Shown: positions 35,454-45,502, counted from the stretch's first letter. The stretch: DNA of 64,000 bases from Candidatus Campbellbacteria bacterium RIFOXYC2_FULL_35_25 (GCA_001774495.1 MFAE01000014.1:10573-74572), one strand, 5' to 3'. The notes: generated from the sequence alone by a model not told the origin. Made by a program: numbers and translations.

Positions 35454-36434
35454 TTACCTTATTATTTTAATAATTTCACTTATAAAGTGTTTATCTATTT
35501 TTTTATTATCGTTTAAATATTCTTTGATCAGAGGATGTAGGTTTATCGCTATAAAAAAGTACACACCTATTTCATCATTTCTAGTTATGTTGCTTTTGTT
35601 ATTTTTAACAGATATAAAAGTATTTTTGTATTTTTTGAGATTTGAAGACGTTGTTTCTTTCGGGTGTTTGTAAAAATATTTATTTGACAAAAATCCGTGG
35701 TAAGAAAACAAAGAATGAACGACAATTTCTTCCATGGTATTTCTCAGGTCACGATAGGGTATTATTTTACTCTTCCCATTCTCTTCATAGAAATGACTGC
35801 TAATTATTCTAATTTTTTTTCCAAATAGCATGTGTAAAAATTCATGGTAAACAACAGATATTGCGTTGTTCAAAATCTCTTTTCCTGTCTCTGAAAGGTC
35901 GTTGCATTCAATTGTTATCCCTTTGTTTTTTAAGTTAGCTCCACCAGATACAATCTTATTTTTGTAAGGGTGTTGCAGTAGATAAATATCAAATTTTCTT
36001 CTTCTAATTTTACCGAATAAAGTTTCTAAAGCATTTATTATTTTTGGTAAAGTCTTATTAATTTCTTTTGTTAATATTTTAATATTTTTTTCTAAAATCT
36101 GGGAATTCCAGATTTCTTTGAATTTATCTTCAAAAATATCAAAAATTTCTTTTAATTCTCCTAGCTCTGTTTTTGTGACAATCTTTGAAAGATTTTTCCA
36201 AACCTTTTTTTCTTTACTTGTGATAAAAAATAATCCTAAATAATTTGCAAAATTATATTTTTGTAAAATTTTTTTAAATTGTTCTAGTGAATTTTTTTCT
36301 TTTTTTGATAAATCGCCGATTTTATTCAGCCAAACTTCATTATAATTTTTTCTGCAAGAAAAATGCCATTCTGTTAAATTTGAAACAAAGAAAAATTTAT
36401 TACCCATTCTGCTATATTTAATATTAAATTGCAT
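35454..36434 (-). CDS. Hypothetical protein
   Basis: 326-aa ORF, AT-rich and lysine-rich, no motifs recognised. Confidence 0.4.
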   Translation of the reverse strand: MQFNIKYSRMGNKFFFVSNLTEWHFSCRKNYNEVWLNKIGDLSKKEKNSLEQFKKILQKYNFANYLGLFFITSKEKKVWKNLSKIVTKTELGELKEIFDIFEDKFKEIWNSQILEKNIKILTKEINKTLPKIINALETLFGKIRRRKFDIYLLQHPYKNKIVSGGANLKNKGITIECNDLSETGKEILNNAISVVYHEFLHMLFGKKIRIISSHFYEENGKSKIIPYRDLRNTMEEIVVHSLFSYHGFLSNKYFYKHPKETTSSNLKKYKNTFISVKNNKSNITRNDEIGVYFFIAINLHPLIKEYLNDNKKIDKHFISEIIKIIR

Positions 36435-36505
36435 ATCTATACCTGTGGATTTTTATTTAGTAACTACAAACTAAAAACTATCGACTATAAACTATAAACT
36501 AAAAA

Positions 36506-38092
36506 CTATTCTTTCTCCTCTTTCAACTGCACAAAGAAAGTTGAACCTTTTCCTTCTCCTTCCGATTCTGCCCAAACTTTTCCTCCGTGTGCTTTTACGA
36601 TTTCTTTTACTAAATAGAGACCCAAGCCCGTTCCCATCACACTAACGCTGTTGGCATTTTCGAGTCTGATAAATTTCTTGAAGATTTTGTGAGCTTCCTT
36701 CTTTGGTAATCCGATACCAGTATCTTGTATTTTTAATAGTATTTTATGAGCTTTTTTTGATAGGCTAATATGAATAGAACCCTTCGGAGTATATTTGATT
36801 GAATTATCAATCAAATTGGTGACAATTTGTCTTATTTTTTCTGGGTCAATTTGTGAAAAGAATATTCCTTCTTGTAATTCAAATTTCATTTTTAGGCCTT
36901 TTTCTTCAATAACATGTTTCATGTCATTAACGACTTCTTGAACTATGGGTTTAATATCGGCTTTAACAAAATTAAATTCAATTTTACCTCTCTCTATCCT
37001 TGAAAGGTTAAGGAAGTCGTCTACGATAAAAGCTAGATTGCTACTTGATTGAAAAATTCTTTTAATTATTTCAGAAATTTTTTCAGATGTCGGTCCGTAT
37101 GATCCTTCCATCACCATTGAAGAGTAGCCCTTTATGGAAGCAATAGGGGCTCTTAATTGGTGAGAGGCAACGGAAACAAAATCAGATTTTTGTTGGTCAA
37201 GTTTTTTAAGTCTAATATTCGCTTTTTCAAGTTCCTCTGCAAGTAATTCGATTTTTCTTTTCGCTTGTATTTCTTTGAAAATACTTCTGTTCAGGAGAAC
37301 CACAAAAATGACCATCATGACAAATAAGGCAAAATTTATCATCCATTCATCTACCGAATTCGTTGGCTTCAAAAAATTAAACAAGAAGATTAAGGCCATT
37401 GCTCCAGAAAAAAGTTGAGCAGAGATTATTTTTGTATTTAAAAATTTGTATTTAAGGATAGCGTAACTTACAAAAAATACATATAAGATTATAAAATAAT
37501 TTCCAAAAGGATAAATATTGAAAAGTTGAGGAAAAAAGTTTGTAATTCCCCCACTGAAACCAATAAATCCAGCAATTATTTGGTTTCTTATCTGCCCACG
37601 GTAAAGATAATCTTTTTTATTTTTTAAGTATGTTTTTATTAGATACAGTAAAGAGATTATTATTATAATTATAAAAAAGGTCGGAAATAAAAAATAATAT
37701 TTTCCGGGATCTACCCAATAAAAATCAAAAGTTTTTACCACTCCTAGTTTGAACAATGGAGAAAAACTAAAAATTGCTAATAATCCAGTGAGAAAAAGGA
37801 CAGCTTTTTTAAAATTAGTTTTTTTTATTTCTAAAAAATTAAAAATAAAATTAAGATATAGAATAGGAATAAAAATTGCTGTAAAGTCTAAGCAATATAA
37901 CCATAATAAAGCTGAATTTTCTGTTTGGGAGTAAGCCCCTTTGTAAAGAAAAATGCTCCAAAAAGCAATAAATATAGATAAAATTAACCAAGATTTATTT
38001 AGTTTTGATCTTCTGTTGCTAGAGTATACAATTAAACCAAAACCGATACTGGTAAAAAAAGTTATAATACTTGTTATTCCAAATAATGTCAT
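36506..38092 (-). CDS. Sensor histidine kinase (polytopic N-terminal membrane domain, HisKA and HATPase_c)
   Basis: SHQLRAPIASIKGY H-box; GTGLGLYLVKEIVKAHGGKVWAESEGEGKGSTFF G-box region; its 3' end is the source of the repeat family. Confidence 0.8.
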   Translation of the reverse strand: MTLFGITSIITFFTSIGFGLIVYSSNRRSKLNKSWLILSIFIAFWSIFLYKGAYSQTENSALLWLYCLDFTAIFIPILYLNFIFNFLEIKKTNFKKAVLFLTGLLAIFSFSPLFKLGVVKTFDFYWVDPGKYYFLFPTFFIIIIIISLLYLIKTYLKNKKDYLYRGQIRNQIIAGFIGFSGGITNFFPQLFNIYPFGNYFIILYVFFVSYAILKYKFLNTKIISAQLFSGAMALIFLFNFLKPTNSVDEWMINFALFVMMVIFVVLLNRSIFKEIQAKRKIELLAEELEKANIRLKKLDQQKSDFVSVASHQLRAPIASIKGYSSMVMEGSYGPTSEKISEIIKRIFQSSSNLAFIVDDFLNLSRIERGKIEFNFVKADIKPIVQEVVNDMKHVIEEKGLKMKFELQEGIFFSQIDPEKIRQIVTNLIDNSIKYTPKGSIHISLSKKAHKILLKIQDTGIGLPKKEAHKIFKKFIRLENANSVSVMGTGLGLYLVKEIVKAHGGKVWAESEGEGKGSTFFVQLKEEKE

Positions 38093-38769
38093 TTTATTTT
38101 TTTAAATTCTAATATTTGCCAACCTCTTTTTTTTGCTTCTTTTTTTAATTTTGTGCTCGGGTTAACAATAAAAGGATATTTAACTAATTCTAGCACAAAA
38201 ATATCTGAAAAATGATCACCGTATCCCCAACTTTCTTGGTCTTCTAAAGAGATACCTTTTTCCTGTAAGAAATCTAGCATTTTTTTTACTTTATTTTTGC
38301 CATATGTGACATTTCCACTTATTTTTCCTGTAAAAAAACCATCTTTTGTTTCTAGTTTTGTGCAAATATAATCATTAATAGTTAGATGGTTGGCCACTTC
38401 TTTGATTATAATCTCAATAGCGTTGGAGAGTAAAATTATTCTTCTTCCTTTTTCTTTATGTTCTTTTAGTAAGTTCAAAGCCTCTTCGTAGAAATATTTA
38501 GATAGATTATTATCAAAAAAATCTTTGGAAATTTTTTCTATATCGCTCACATTTTTATCTTTAAATAACTCGAAAGAGTATTCGGCAATTTTTTGAGGAT
38601 CACTAACAAAACCTAGTTTATAAAAAATAAACCAAATCATTATTTTAAAATATTTAAGATAAGATAAAAGACCTTTTTTGAGAAGGTATTTTATAAATAA
38701 TTGCTGACTCTGAGTTTTAATCAAAGTATCATCAACATCTAAGATAACTATGCCGTTATTGATTCCCAT
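38089..38769 (-). CDS. HAD-superfamily hydrolase (HAD-IB/SerB-like)
   Basis: ILDVDDTL motif I. Confidence 0.55.
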   Translation of the reverse strand: MGINNGIVILDVDDTLIKTQSQQLFIKYLLKKGLLSYLKYFKIMIWFIFYKLGFVSDPQKIAEYSFELFKDKNVSDIEKISKDFFDNNLSKYFYEEALNLLKEHKEKGRRIILLSNAIEIIIKEVANHLTINDYICTKLETKDGFFTGKISGNVTYGKNKVKKMLDFLQEKGISLEDQESWGYGDHFSDIFVLELVKYPFIVNPSTKLKKEAKKRGWQILEFKKIK

Positions 38770-39491
38770 TTTTCTCTGTGTGGATAAGGTTTATCTGATA
38801 ATTTTTCTATTCTGAGCATTATTTTTGTGGTCAATGTTCTTAATGCTTTTTTATTTAATTTTGCTTTCTCAGTATATGATGAAAGGTGAAGAGGTTCTCC
38901 AATATGTATTTCAATAATTTTTTTAAACTTTGGTTTCTTGTCATATCTAGTCATAACTTTTTCCGCATGCTTAATCCCCACAGGAACAACAGGAATATTG
39001 TTGAGTGTCGCATATTTTGCCACCCCAGTAAAAGCTTTTATCATTTGTGTTTCATCTGGGTTCCTTGTTCCCTCTGGGAAAATGCCGATCATAAATCCTC
39101 TGCTCAGGTGTTCGCTTACTAGGTTGTGAACCTCTCTTTTATCTTTACTTGTTCTCTTCACTTCGATTTGTCCCGTTATTCGCATTAGAGGAAGCCAAAA
39201 TCTATTTGTGAAAAATTTTTCGGCAGATAAGTAATGAATATTTCTAGGAGAGATAGCAATAAAACAGATAAAATCAAAATAGCTTTGATGGTTAAAGGCA
39301 ATAAGAACCGCTCCTTTTTTTGGTATATTTTCTAACCCGGTTATTTTTTTAACCCAAATTAATCTAACAATAGGGCCAAATATTTTTCTGATAAGGAAGT
39401 AAGAAAATTTAACAAAAGTAGTGTCACTTTTACAATTTATATGGGTATTTTTTTTCTGTTTATCGTTCTCGTCCGCTATATTTTCTTTCAT
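38748..39491 (-). CDS. plsC: 1-acyl-sn-glycerol-3-phosphate acyltransferase
   Basis: NHQSYFD (HX4D) and FPEGTR motifs. Confidence 0.7.
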   Translation of the reverse strand: MKENIADENDKQKKNTHINCKSDTTFVKFSYFLIRKIFGPIVRLIWVKKITGLENIPKKGAVLIAFNHQSYFDFICFIAISPRNIHYLSAEKFFTNRFWLPLMRITGQIEVKRTSKDKREVHNLVSEHLSRGFMIGIFPEGTRNPDETQMIKAFTGVAKYATLNNIPVVPVGIKHAEKVMTRYDKKPKFKKIIEIHIGEPLHLSSYTEKAKLNKKALRTLTTKIMLRIEKLSDKPYPHREKWESITA

Positions 39492-39552
39492 ATTTAAAAT
39501 TATACCCCAAAATTTGATATTAAAAAGTATTATAAAAAATTAGAAACAATTA

Positions 39553-40725
39553 TTATATTATTTCAAAACCTTCTATTGTATTATTCTCAATTTTTGATAT
39601 AGACTTATCTTTTTTAGGATATATATGAAGTCCGTTAGGTATTGATCTACCAGGTGCCACAATACATCCTGACCCGAGATAAACTCCGTTACCCAAACAA
39701 CTTCCTAAAAATATGTTTCCCGTATCAATTAAATGATTATCTTTTTTTGTTAAAACATTCTTATTATCAAGCCGAAGGTCGGTTAATATAACGCCAGCCC
39801 CAATAAAGACATCTTTCCCGATGATACTTGCTGATATCATTTGGTTTGCAATTTGTGCGTTTGAATAAATAGTTGAATAAAGAATATGTCCATCAACTAT
39901 TGTGCAGTTATTTCCTATAACTGAATATTCGATGGTTATTCCATTTCCAATAAATGAATCATTCCCGATTACAGATTCCCTTATTATCGTTCCGGCTCCT
40001 ATTGTTACATTATCACCTATGACGCTACATTCAACGATGGCTGTTGGGTGTATATCACATTTTTTTCCTATTTTGTTTAATGAACCTGCTATTTTCCATC
40101 TATTGAAAGAAAAATTTTTAATTGCAAGTAGCAATAAAAGTATTTTATTAGTTTTATTTGCTTGCTCAATTATTGTTATAACAAAAGCAAGATTTGCCGC
40201 CCATAGGTTACTCCAATGATCTATTTGTATGATCGATTTGGTCGTTAATGGTATAAAATATTTACCACTTTTTGATAAATGTTTAGGTAATGGCAAATAC
40301 TCAAATTTTTGGTTTAAATCAAAAATAATTTTTTTTGTTTCGCCCCTTAATTCTTTTGGTGGAAAATAAAATAAATTATAATTAAAATAATCTTTTTTAT
40401 TTTCAACATTTTGCAAATTAATGAAAGTTCTTTCTGTAAAAATTCCTTTTTTCATAGAACATACAGTATTAGATTTAATTTTTTTGGAATTCTGAATAAA
40501 CTCTTTCAAAAGTTCATATTCAAAATATATGTTGTCGTTTATTACCAGATGTTCCTCCTCATCTCTGATTTCAGATAAATTATCAACAATAACGGGGTTT
40601 AGATTAAGTTTCAAGAAATTATCATTCTGTATCTCGTTCAATTTTCTGTTTCCAATTTTTAAATCTTTAGACAACTTTTGAAAAGGTTCTATTAATTCCT
40701 GTTTTTTTATTACATAAATTTTCAT
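39553..40725 (-). CDS. Left-handed beta-helix (hexapeptide-repeat) transferase family protein
   Basis: Run of [LIV]GxxxxI hexapeptide repeats in the C-terminal half. Confidence 0.5.
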   Translation of the reverse strand: MKIYVIKKQELIEPFQKLSKDLKIGNRKLNEIQNDNFLKLNLNPVIVDNLSEIRDEEEHLVINDNIYFEYELLKEFIQNSKKIKSNTVCSMKKGIFTERTFINLQNVENKKDYFNYNLFYFPPKELRGETKKIIFDLNQKFEYLPLPKHLSKSGKYFIPLTTKSIIQIDHWSNLWAANLAFVITIIEQANKTNKILLLLLAIKNFSFNRWKIAGSLNKIGKKCDIHPTAIVECSVIGDNVTIGAGTIIRESVIGNDSFIGNGITIEYSVIGNNCTIVDGHILYSTIYSNAQIANQMISASIIGKDVFIGAGVILTDLRLDNKNVLTKKDNHLIDTGNIFLGSCLGNGVYLGSGCIVAPGRSIPNGLHIYPKKDKSISKIENNTIEGFEII

Positions 40726-40847
40726 ACTAAAATTATACCTTAAAACCTTTTATCGTAGAATGTTAAAGAGGGGATATTTATTAATTTTTTATCTGTTTTC
40801 GAAACAAAACCCCAAAAACCTTTGTTGAATTAAATTTTCTTTTATTT

Positions 40848-40977
40848 AAAAAAATGTTTAGCTGGAGCGGGGGATTAAAGAGAAAACCGTTGACATACAG
40901 GTCTGTTCTGTTACCATTAAGTCGATAGTTCTTAGGTAGTTTGCCTGTAATCTTTGGAAAAAAAGGAGGTGGTAAAA
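40848..40977 (+). promoter_or_regulatory. Promoter/leader cassette P1: G-rich box, TTGACA-16-TACCAT, conserved ~45-nt leader, SD AGGAGGTGGTAA
   Basis: tgtttagctggagcgggggattaaagagaaaaccgTTGACAtacaggtctgttctgtTACCATtaagtcgatagttcttaggtagtttgcctgtaatctttgg..aaggaggtggtaa. Confidence 0.6.
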
Positions 40978-41139
40978 GTGAAAGAGTTGTTGGGTAACAA
41001 CGGAGAAAGAGGAACCCCTTTCCTGTTAGGGTTTCTTGAGAAGATTGAGGTTCCACCAACTGGCTCAGCAAATTGCGCCACATATGTTGGAGCCACCCCA
41101 ACTCCAAGCGGAGACGCTTACGATTACGATCAAGATTAA
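40978..41139 (+). CDS. 53-aa small protein (GTG start) KELLGNNGERGTPFLLGFLEKIEVPPTGSANCATYVGATPTPSGDAYDYDQD
   Basis: Driven by cassette P1; SD 6 nt upstream; bidirectional terminator at ~41165-41215. Confidence 0.4.
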   Translation: MKELLGNNGERGTPFLLGFLEKIEVPPTGSANCATYVGATPTPSGDAYDYDQD

Positions 41140-41196
41140 TCGTCTTTCTAACCCGCGCAAAGGAAAAGATGCTGGTACACCGCCGGCATCTCTTTA

Positions 41197-41844
41197 TTAT
41201 TTATTTTTCAAGATTTTACGCATCGATTTGCTTTCCAAGCTATCCCCTAGAATGAGTTTTAATGTTTGATTTTTATATACTTCTGCTTTTCCATTTTCAC
41301 CAATTTTTTTATAGAAATTTGATAAACCCTGTTTTGCTAAAATTAATTCGTCTTTATTTTTTTTATCAGAAATTTTTTCTGTGTTTTTATACCACCAGAG
41401 TGCTTTATTGTTTTGGTTAAGTCTATCGTATATGTCAGCTAATCTATTTGAAGTTACTGGGTTTTTTTTAATTTTGTAATTTTCCTTTCCTAATTTTATG
41501 GCTTTTTTACTGTTGTTCAAAATAGCATATATTTGTGCTAGGTAAATTCGAGAGTTGAAGGTGATCGAATTTTTTATTTGGGGATCTTTTTTAATTATTT
41601 TTTCTAAAATTTTAATTGATTCGTTAAAATAATCTTTGATATTTCCGGTTTCCTTTTTGCTTTTCTTGTTTTGATATAATCGTTGGGTGGCATCATGATA
41701 CAGAAAAAAAGCTAATTGAAGCATAAGAGTATCTGCCGGAGGGTTTTTTTCTAGATATTTTCTTATAAGAAGAATAGCTCCTGACCGGTCACCCGACATA
41801 TTTAATTTTTTAAGTTTTTTCTCTAATTGGTTTGTTTTTTTCAT
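41197..41844 (-). CDS. TPR-like repeat protein
   Basis: Helical repeat composition (AQIYAILNN.KKAIKL, ALWWYKN). Confidence 0.4.
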   Translation of the reverse strand: MKKTNQLEKKLKKLNMSGDRSGAILLIRKYLEKNPPADTLMLQLAFFLYHDATQRLYQNKKSKKETGNIKDYFNESIKILEKIIKKDPQIKNSITFNSRIYLAQIYAILNNSKKAIKLGKENYKIKKNPVTSNRLADIYDRLNQNNKALWWYKNTEKISDKKNKDELILAKQGLSNFYKKIGENGKAEVYKNQTLKLILGDSLESKSMRKILKNK

Positions 41845-41847
41845 ATG

Positions 41848-42279
41848 CTAATTTATTAAATTTAAGCCGTTTTTTATTGATTCTTTTTCTTGTTCAAAAG
41901 CCAAATATGAATCAACTAAATCAAAAGAAACCCATTCTGCTTTTTCTATTGTAAAACCACCTTCGTTTTTAGAGTCTACTTTAATTTCATCATTTTTTGT
42001 ATTTTCAACAAGAAAAACTCGTACTTTATGTAATATTTCTCCAGCTTGGTACGAATATTTCTCTAATTCATCCATCAAAAGTAAATTTTCCAAACCTGTT
42101 TCCTCTTTTATTTCTCGTATAATAGTTTCCTCAGGTATCTCTCCTGTTTCTATTCCACCTTTTACCAAACGGTAATCAGTTCTGTCTCGCTCTTCGTCAT
42201 ATCTTTTCAATAGTAAAAATTCTACACGTCCTGTGTTTTTTTTAAAAATGACAGCTTGGGCATCTTTACTTATTTCCAT
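41848..42279 (-). CDS. NUDIX hydrolase
   Basis: Nudix box GGIETGEIPEETIIREIKEETGL. Confidence 0.75.
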   Translation of the reverse strand: MEISKDAQAVIFKKNTGRVEFLLLKRYDEERDRTDYRLVKGGIETGEIPEETIIREIKEETGLENLLLMDELEKYSYQAGEILHKVRVFLVENTKNDEIKVDSKNEGGFTIEKAEWVSFDLVDSYLAFEQEKESIKNGLNLIN

Positions 42280-42334
42280 AATATTTTTAATTTAAATATA
42301 ACTTTCTAAATAATAACACATAGGATGCCGTTCT

Positions 42335-43651
42335 TTGATTTTAAAACAAAATGTTAGTATTATTATAACAATGAGTATTTTAAATACATTTAATGTAGTT
42401 CGCTTTGAGAAAAAGCTTAGAAATGGCATTAAGGTTGTTTTATTTTACCGTCCCGGATCTCCCATTACAACACATGCTGTGCTTAATTCTGGCTCAAGAT
42501 TTGACCCTGTAGGTATGTTTGGGGTTGCTCATTTTTTGGAACATCTTGTGGTTGGAGGGTCAGCAGAATTTCCTACTAAAGATTTACTTGCTGAACACAT
42601 CGAATCAATCGGGGGGAGTTTTGGAGCAAGGACAGGTCAGGACTCTTTAATTATTGCAACAGAGGTTCCAGACAAATCTGATTATGGCAGGGTAGTCGAC
42701 ATCTTTAAAGCAACTCTTTGTGAGCCATTGATAGATAAAAAATTTTTTGAAAATGAAAAAAAGGTTGTTGTAAAAGAAGTTAATAGAAGTAATTCAAATC
42801 CTGCTCAGGTTTTAATTAAGACCTGCCGAGATTTATTTTTTAAGGGAACTTCTTTTTCACACGAGGTTCTCGGTGATGCGGAGAGTATTCAGGAACTTGA
42901 TTATGAAAAAGTTGTTGCTATCCATAAAAGAATGTTTGATAAAACAAGGATTACTTTTATCGTATCAGGAGATATTTCTATTGAAGAGCTTGTTTTAAAT
43001 TTAGAAAAACTTAATTTTTTAGAAGGGAATGATTTTTTTGAAAAAAGTTATGAACCTAAGGTTATTTATGAAAAGAGGATTTCATCTTCCCCCCTTGATA
43101 TTCCTCAAACATATATCTGTTTTGGGATTCCGGCACCTAAGCTGTTTAGCAAAGAGTTAGTCCATTTGAATCTAGCGGGAGACATACTAGCCGGTGGTCG
43201 CTCTTCTCGGTTAACAAAGCGTCTTCGTTATGATAAAGGGCTTGTTTACGGTGTAAGATACGGCAGAGTTGGTGGTTTAGAGCTTGGTTTTTGGGGATTT
43301 TTTACTGACACAGCAAGCGAGAATGTTAATGATTTGATGAGTGAAATTTCTGAGGAAATAAAAAATATTAGAACTAATGGAATTAAAGCCTCTGAATTAG
43401 AGTTTGTAAAAAACAAAAATATAAAGTCTCTTAAACGGACGATGCAAACATCAAATAGTTGGGTAGATTTTCATAATCTTTCAGAAGCGTTTTCATCAGA
43501 ACCTTATGATATAGATAATTTCGCAAAATATATTGAGGAAGCAACAGTAGAAGATATTGAAAATATTATTAATAAATACTTTCAAACAAACAATTGGAGA
43601 TTAGCTACTTGTGGGAAAACAGAAGAAGAATCCGTGATTTATAAAATATAG
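42335..43651 (+). CDS. M16-family (pitrilysin-like) zinc peptidase
   Basis: Inverted zinc motif HFLEH (HxxEH). Confidence 0.65.
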   Translation: MILKQNVSIIITMSILNTFNVVRFEKKLRNGIKVVLFYRPGSPITTHAVLNSGSRFDPVGMFGVAHFLEHLVVGGSAEFPTKDLLAEHIESIGGSFGARTGQDSLIIATEVPDKSDYGRVVDIFKATLCEPLIDKKFFENEKKVVVKEVNRSNSNPAQVLIKTCRDLFFKGTSFSHEVLGDAESIQELDYEKVVAIHKRMFDKTRITFIVSGDISIEELVLNLEKLNFLEGNDFFEKSYEPKVIYEKRISSSPLDIPQTYICFGIPAPKLFSKELVHLNLAGDILAGGRSSRLTKRLRYDKGLVYGVRYGRVGGLELGFWGFFTDTASENVNDLMSEISEEIKNIRTNGIKASELEFVKNKNIKSLKRTMQTSNSWVDFHNLSEAFSSEPYDIDNFAKYIEEATVEDIENIINKYFQTNNWRLATCGKTEEESVIYKI

Positions 43652-43682
43652 AGAAATAATTTAAGAAAATAAAAACTCAAAA

Positions 43683-43814
43683 ATCTGGTGGGGTCGATTT
43701 TACTTGACGAAACGCTTGAGGGGGGTAAAATATAGATGAAAGTTTACTTTATGTGAACTTAGTCCTTGGGCGATATTGTCCGTAAAATTCACTAACTACT
43801 AAGGAGGTAGAAAA
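43683..43814 (+). promoter_or_regulatory. Promoter region with G-rich box (tggtggggtcgatt) and TTGACG -35
   Basis: Shares the G-rich box with cassettes P1, P3, P4 and P5. Confidence 0.4.
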
Positions 43815-44027
43815 GTGAAGCATAAAAAGAATTTTGCAGTTAATGATGGGGATTTTAAAAAATCATCTTGGTCAAAGAATAACCCCAAAACCTGTGTCAT
43901 GGTTGCTGTTAAACCGGAGGGGGTTGCTGTTCGGGATAGTAAAGATCCGGCTAAACAGACATTATTTTTTGATCATGATGAGTGGACCGCCTTTGTTAAG
44001 GGCGTGGAAGGTGGTGAATTCCGCTGA
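43815..44027 (+). CDS. DUF397-like small protein (GTG start)
   Basis: CVMVAVKPEGVAVRDSKDPAKQTLFFDHDEWTAFVKGVEGGEF matches the DUF397 pattern; SD aaggaggtag. Confidence 0.45.
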   Translation: MKHKKNFAVNDGDFKKSSWSKNNPKTCVMVAVKPEGVAVRDSKDPAKQTLFFDHDEWTAFVKGVEGGEFR

Positions 44028-44102
44028 GTTCTGCATCATCACTGTTGTCGAGACGGATAGGTGTTAAATCTATCCGTCTTTTATTAGATAAAATATAGTA
44101 TT

Positions 44103-44585
44103 ATGGAAAAAACTTTATATATTATTCCAGGGCTTGGAGAAACTTGTCGGCGTAAACCATATCAATTATTAGCAAAAAAAGCCAAAGAGAAGGGTTATGA
44201 AGTAATCTTTAAGAATGTAGATTGGAATCAAAAATTATCTTTACAAACTTTTTCTGTATCCAAAGACGACATAATTTTTGGTTTTTCTTTGGGGGCTGTT
44301 TTGGCATGGTTGGTAGCACAGGATTATAAATGTAGACACATAATTTTAGCTTCAATGACACCTCATTATTCTTGGAAAGATAAAGAAATAAAAAAAGCAC
44401 TAATTGATTTATTAGGCTTAAAATTTGTAAATGATGTTATAAAAAAACTTGATTCAAAACATCAGGCCAAAAGACAAACAATAATGTATGGGGATCTTGA
44501 GAATGAAAAAGGTGATATTATTGTATCTAAAACAGAGCATGAATTAACTGAAAATTATCTTAAGGAAATTGAGCAAATAATTTAA
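44103..44585 (+). CDS. Small alpha/beta hydrolase, paralog 2
   Basis: LYIIPGLGET and GFSLGA. Confidence 0.5.
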   Translation: MEKTLYIIPGLGETCRRKPYQLLAKKAKEKGYEVIFKNVDWNQKLSLQTFSVSKDDIIFGFSLGAVLAWLVAQDYKCRHIILASMTPHYSWKDKEIKKALIDLLGLKFVNDVIKKLDSKHQAKRQTIMYGDLENEKGDIIVSKTEHELTENYLKEIEQII

Positions 44586-44588
44586 GAA

Positions 44589-45404
44589 ATGAAAATTAAA
44601 GACTTAACACAAAATTATATAACAAACATTTTAGAGAAAGATAATTTGGACTTATATAAAAAAAGTATGCCCGAGTTATTTTCTCATTATTTTGAGTATT
44701 GGGCTTTGGAAGATTACTTTCATAAATCGTTAAAAATAAAAGAAGAAGTTGAAGAAAAAACGGATTTGATAAAATCTCGTTTAGATTTTATTGAAGAAAA
44801 ACTTAAAGATTTTGGTTTTGATACTTCTGATGTAGAAATACTTTTGTTTGTTGGGCAAAACTGCACAAACGGACACGCTTTTGAAAAAGATGGAAAGTTT
44901 ATTGTCTGGCTACCGATTGAGGCTTATGAGAGTAAAGAAGATATTGATATTTTTGTAACCCACGAGATAATCCATGCTTTGCATTATTCTGTAAACCCCG
45001 ATTTTTATTTCAAAACAAAAGAAGAAAAAATGAATGTTGGTAGACAAATAATAACCGAGGGCCTTGCAACTTATCTTACATCAAAAGTTTTGAATATAAA
45101 CGAAGGAAAAGCCTTGTGGGCGGATTTTCTTAATAAAGATGAATTGAAAAATTGGTTTGATAGTTGTGAAGATAAACGATATGAGTTATATGATTTTGTT
45201 TTGAAAAATTTTAATTTTTCAAATAAAGATATTCAGATTTTTTGGGCAAATGATCCAAAAGACGTCTATAAGTATAGAGCGGGTTACTTTGTGGGGTCAG
45301 AATTAATAAAAGATTTTATAAAAAACAATAAGATAGAAGATAAGGACTTATTGTCTTTAGATAGGGTAAAATTTGAAAAAAAAATTACTGAGATGTTGAA
45401 ATAA
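44589..45404 (+). CDS. HExxH motif protein (putative zinc-dependent peptidase)
   Basis: VTHEIIHALHYS. Confidence 0.4.
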   Translation: MKIKDLTQNYITNILEKDNLDLYKKSMPELFSHYFEYWALEDYFHKSLKIKEEVEEKTDLIKSRLDFIEEKLKDFGFDTSDVEILLFVGQNCTNGHAFEKDGKFIVWLPIEAYESKEDIDIFVTHEIIHALHYSVNPDFYFKTKEEKMNVGRQIITEGLATYLTSKVLNINEGKALWADFLNKDELKNWFDSCEDKRYELYDFVLKNFNFSNKDIQIFWANDPKDVYKYRAGYFVGSELIKDFIKNNKIEDKDLLSLDRVKFEKKITEMLK

Positions 45405-45502
45405 AACCCCCAAAAACTGTTGTTGGTTTAGAGCTTATTTTATTTTAAAAGGCAAATAAAGAGGGCTGTTCTGCAGTCCTCTTTAAATATATAATAATAA
45501 TT

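Noticed and set aside
36430-36620. Treating the native HK 3' end as an inserted repeat copy
   Set aside because: It is contiguous with a full-length, motif-complete histidine kinase, so it is regarded as the probable source copy; direction of copying remains unproven
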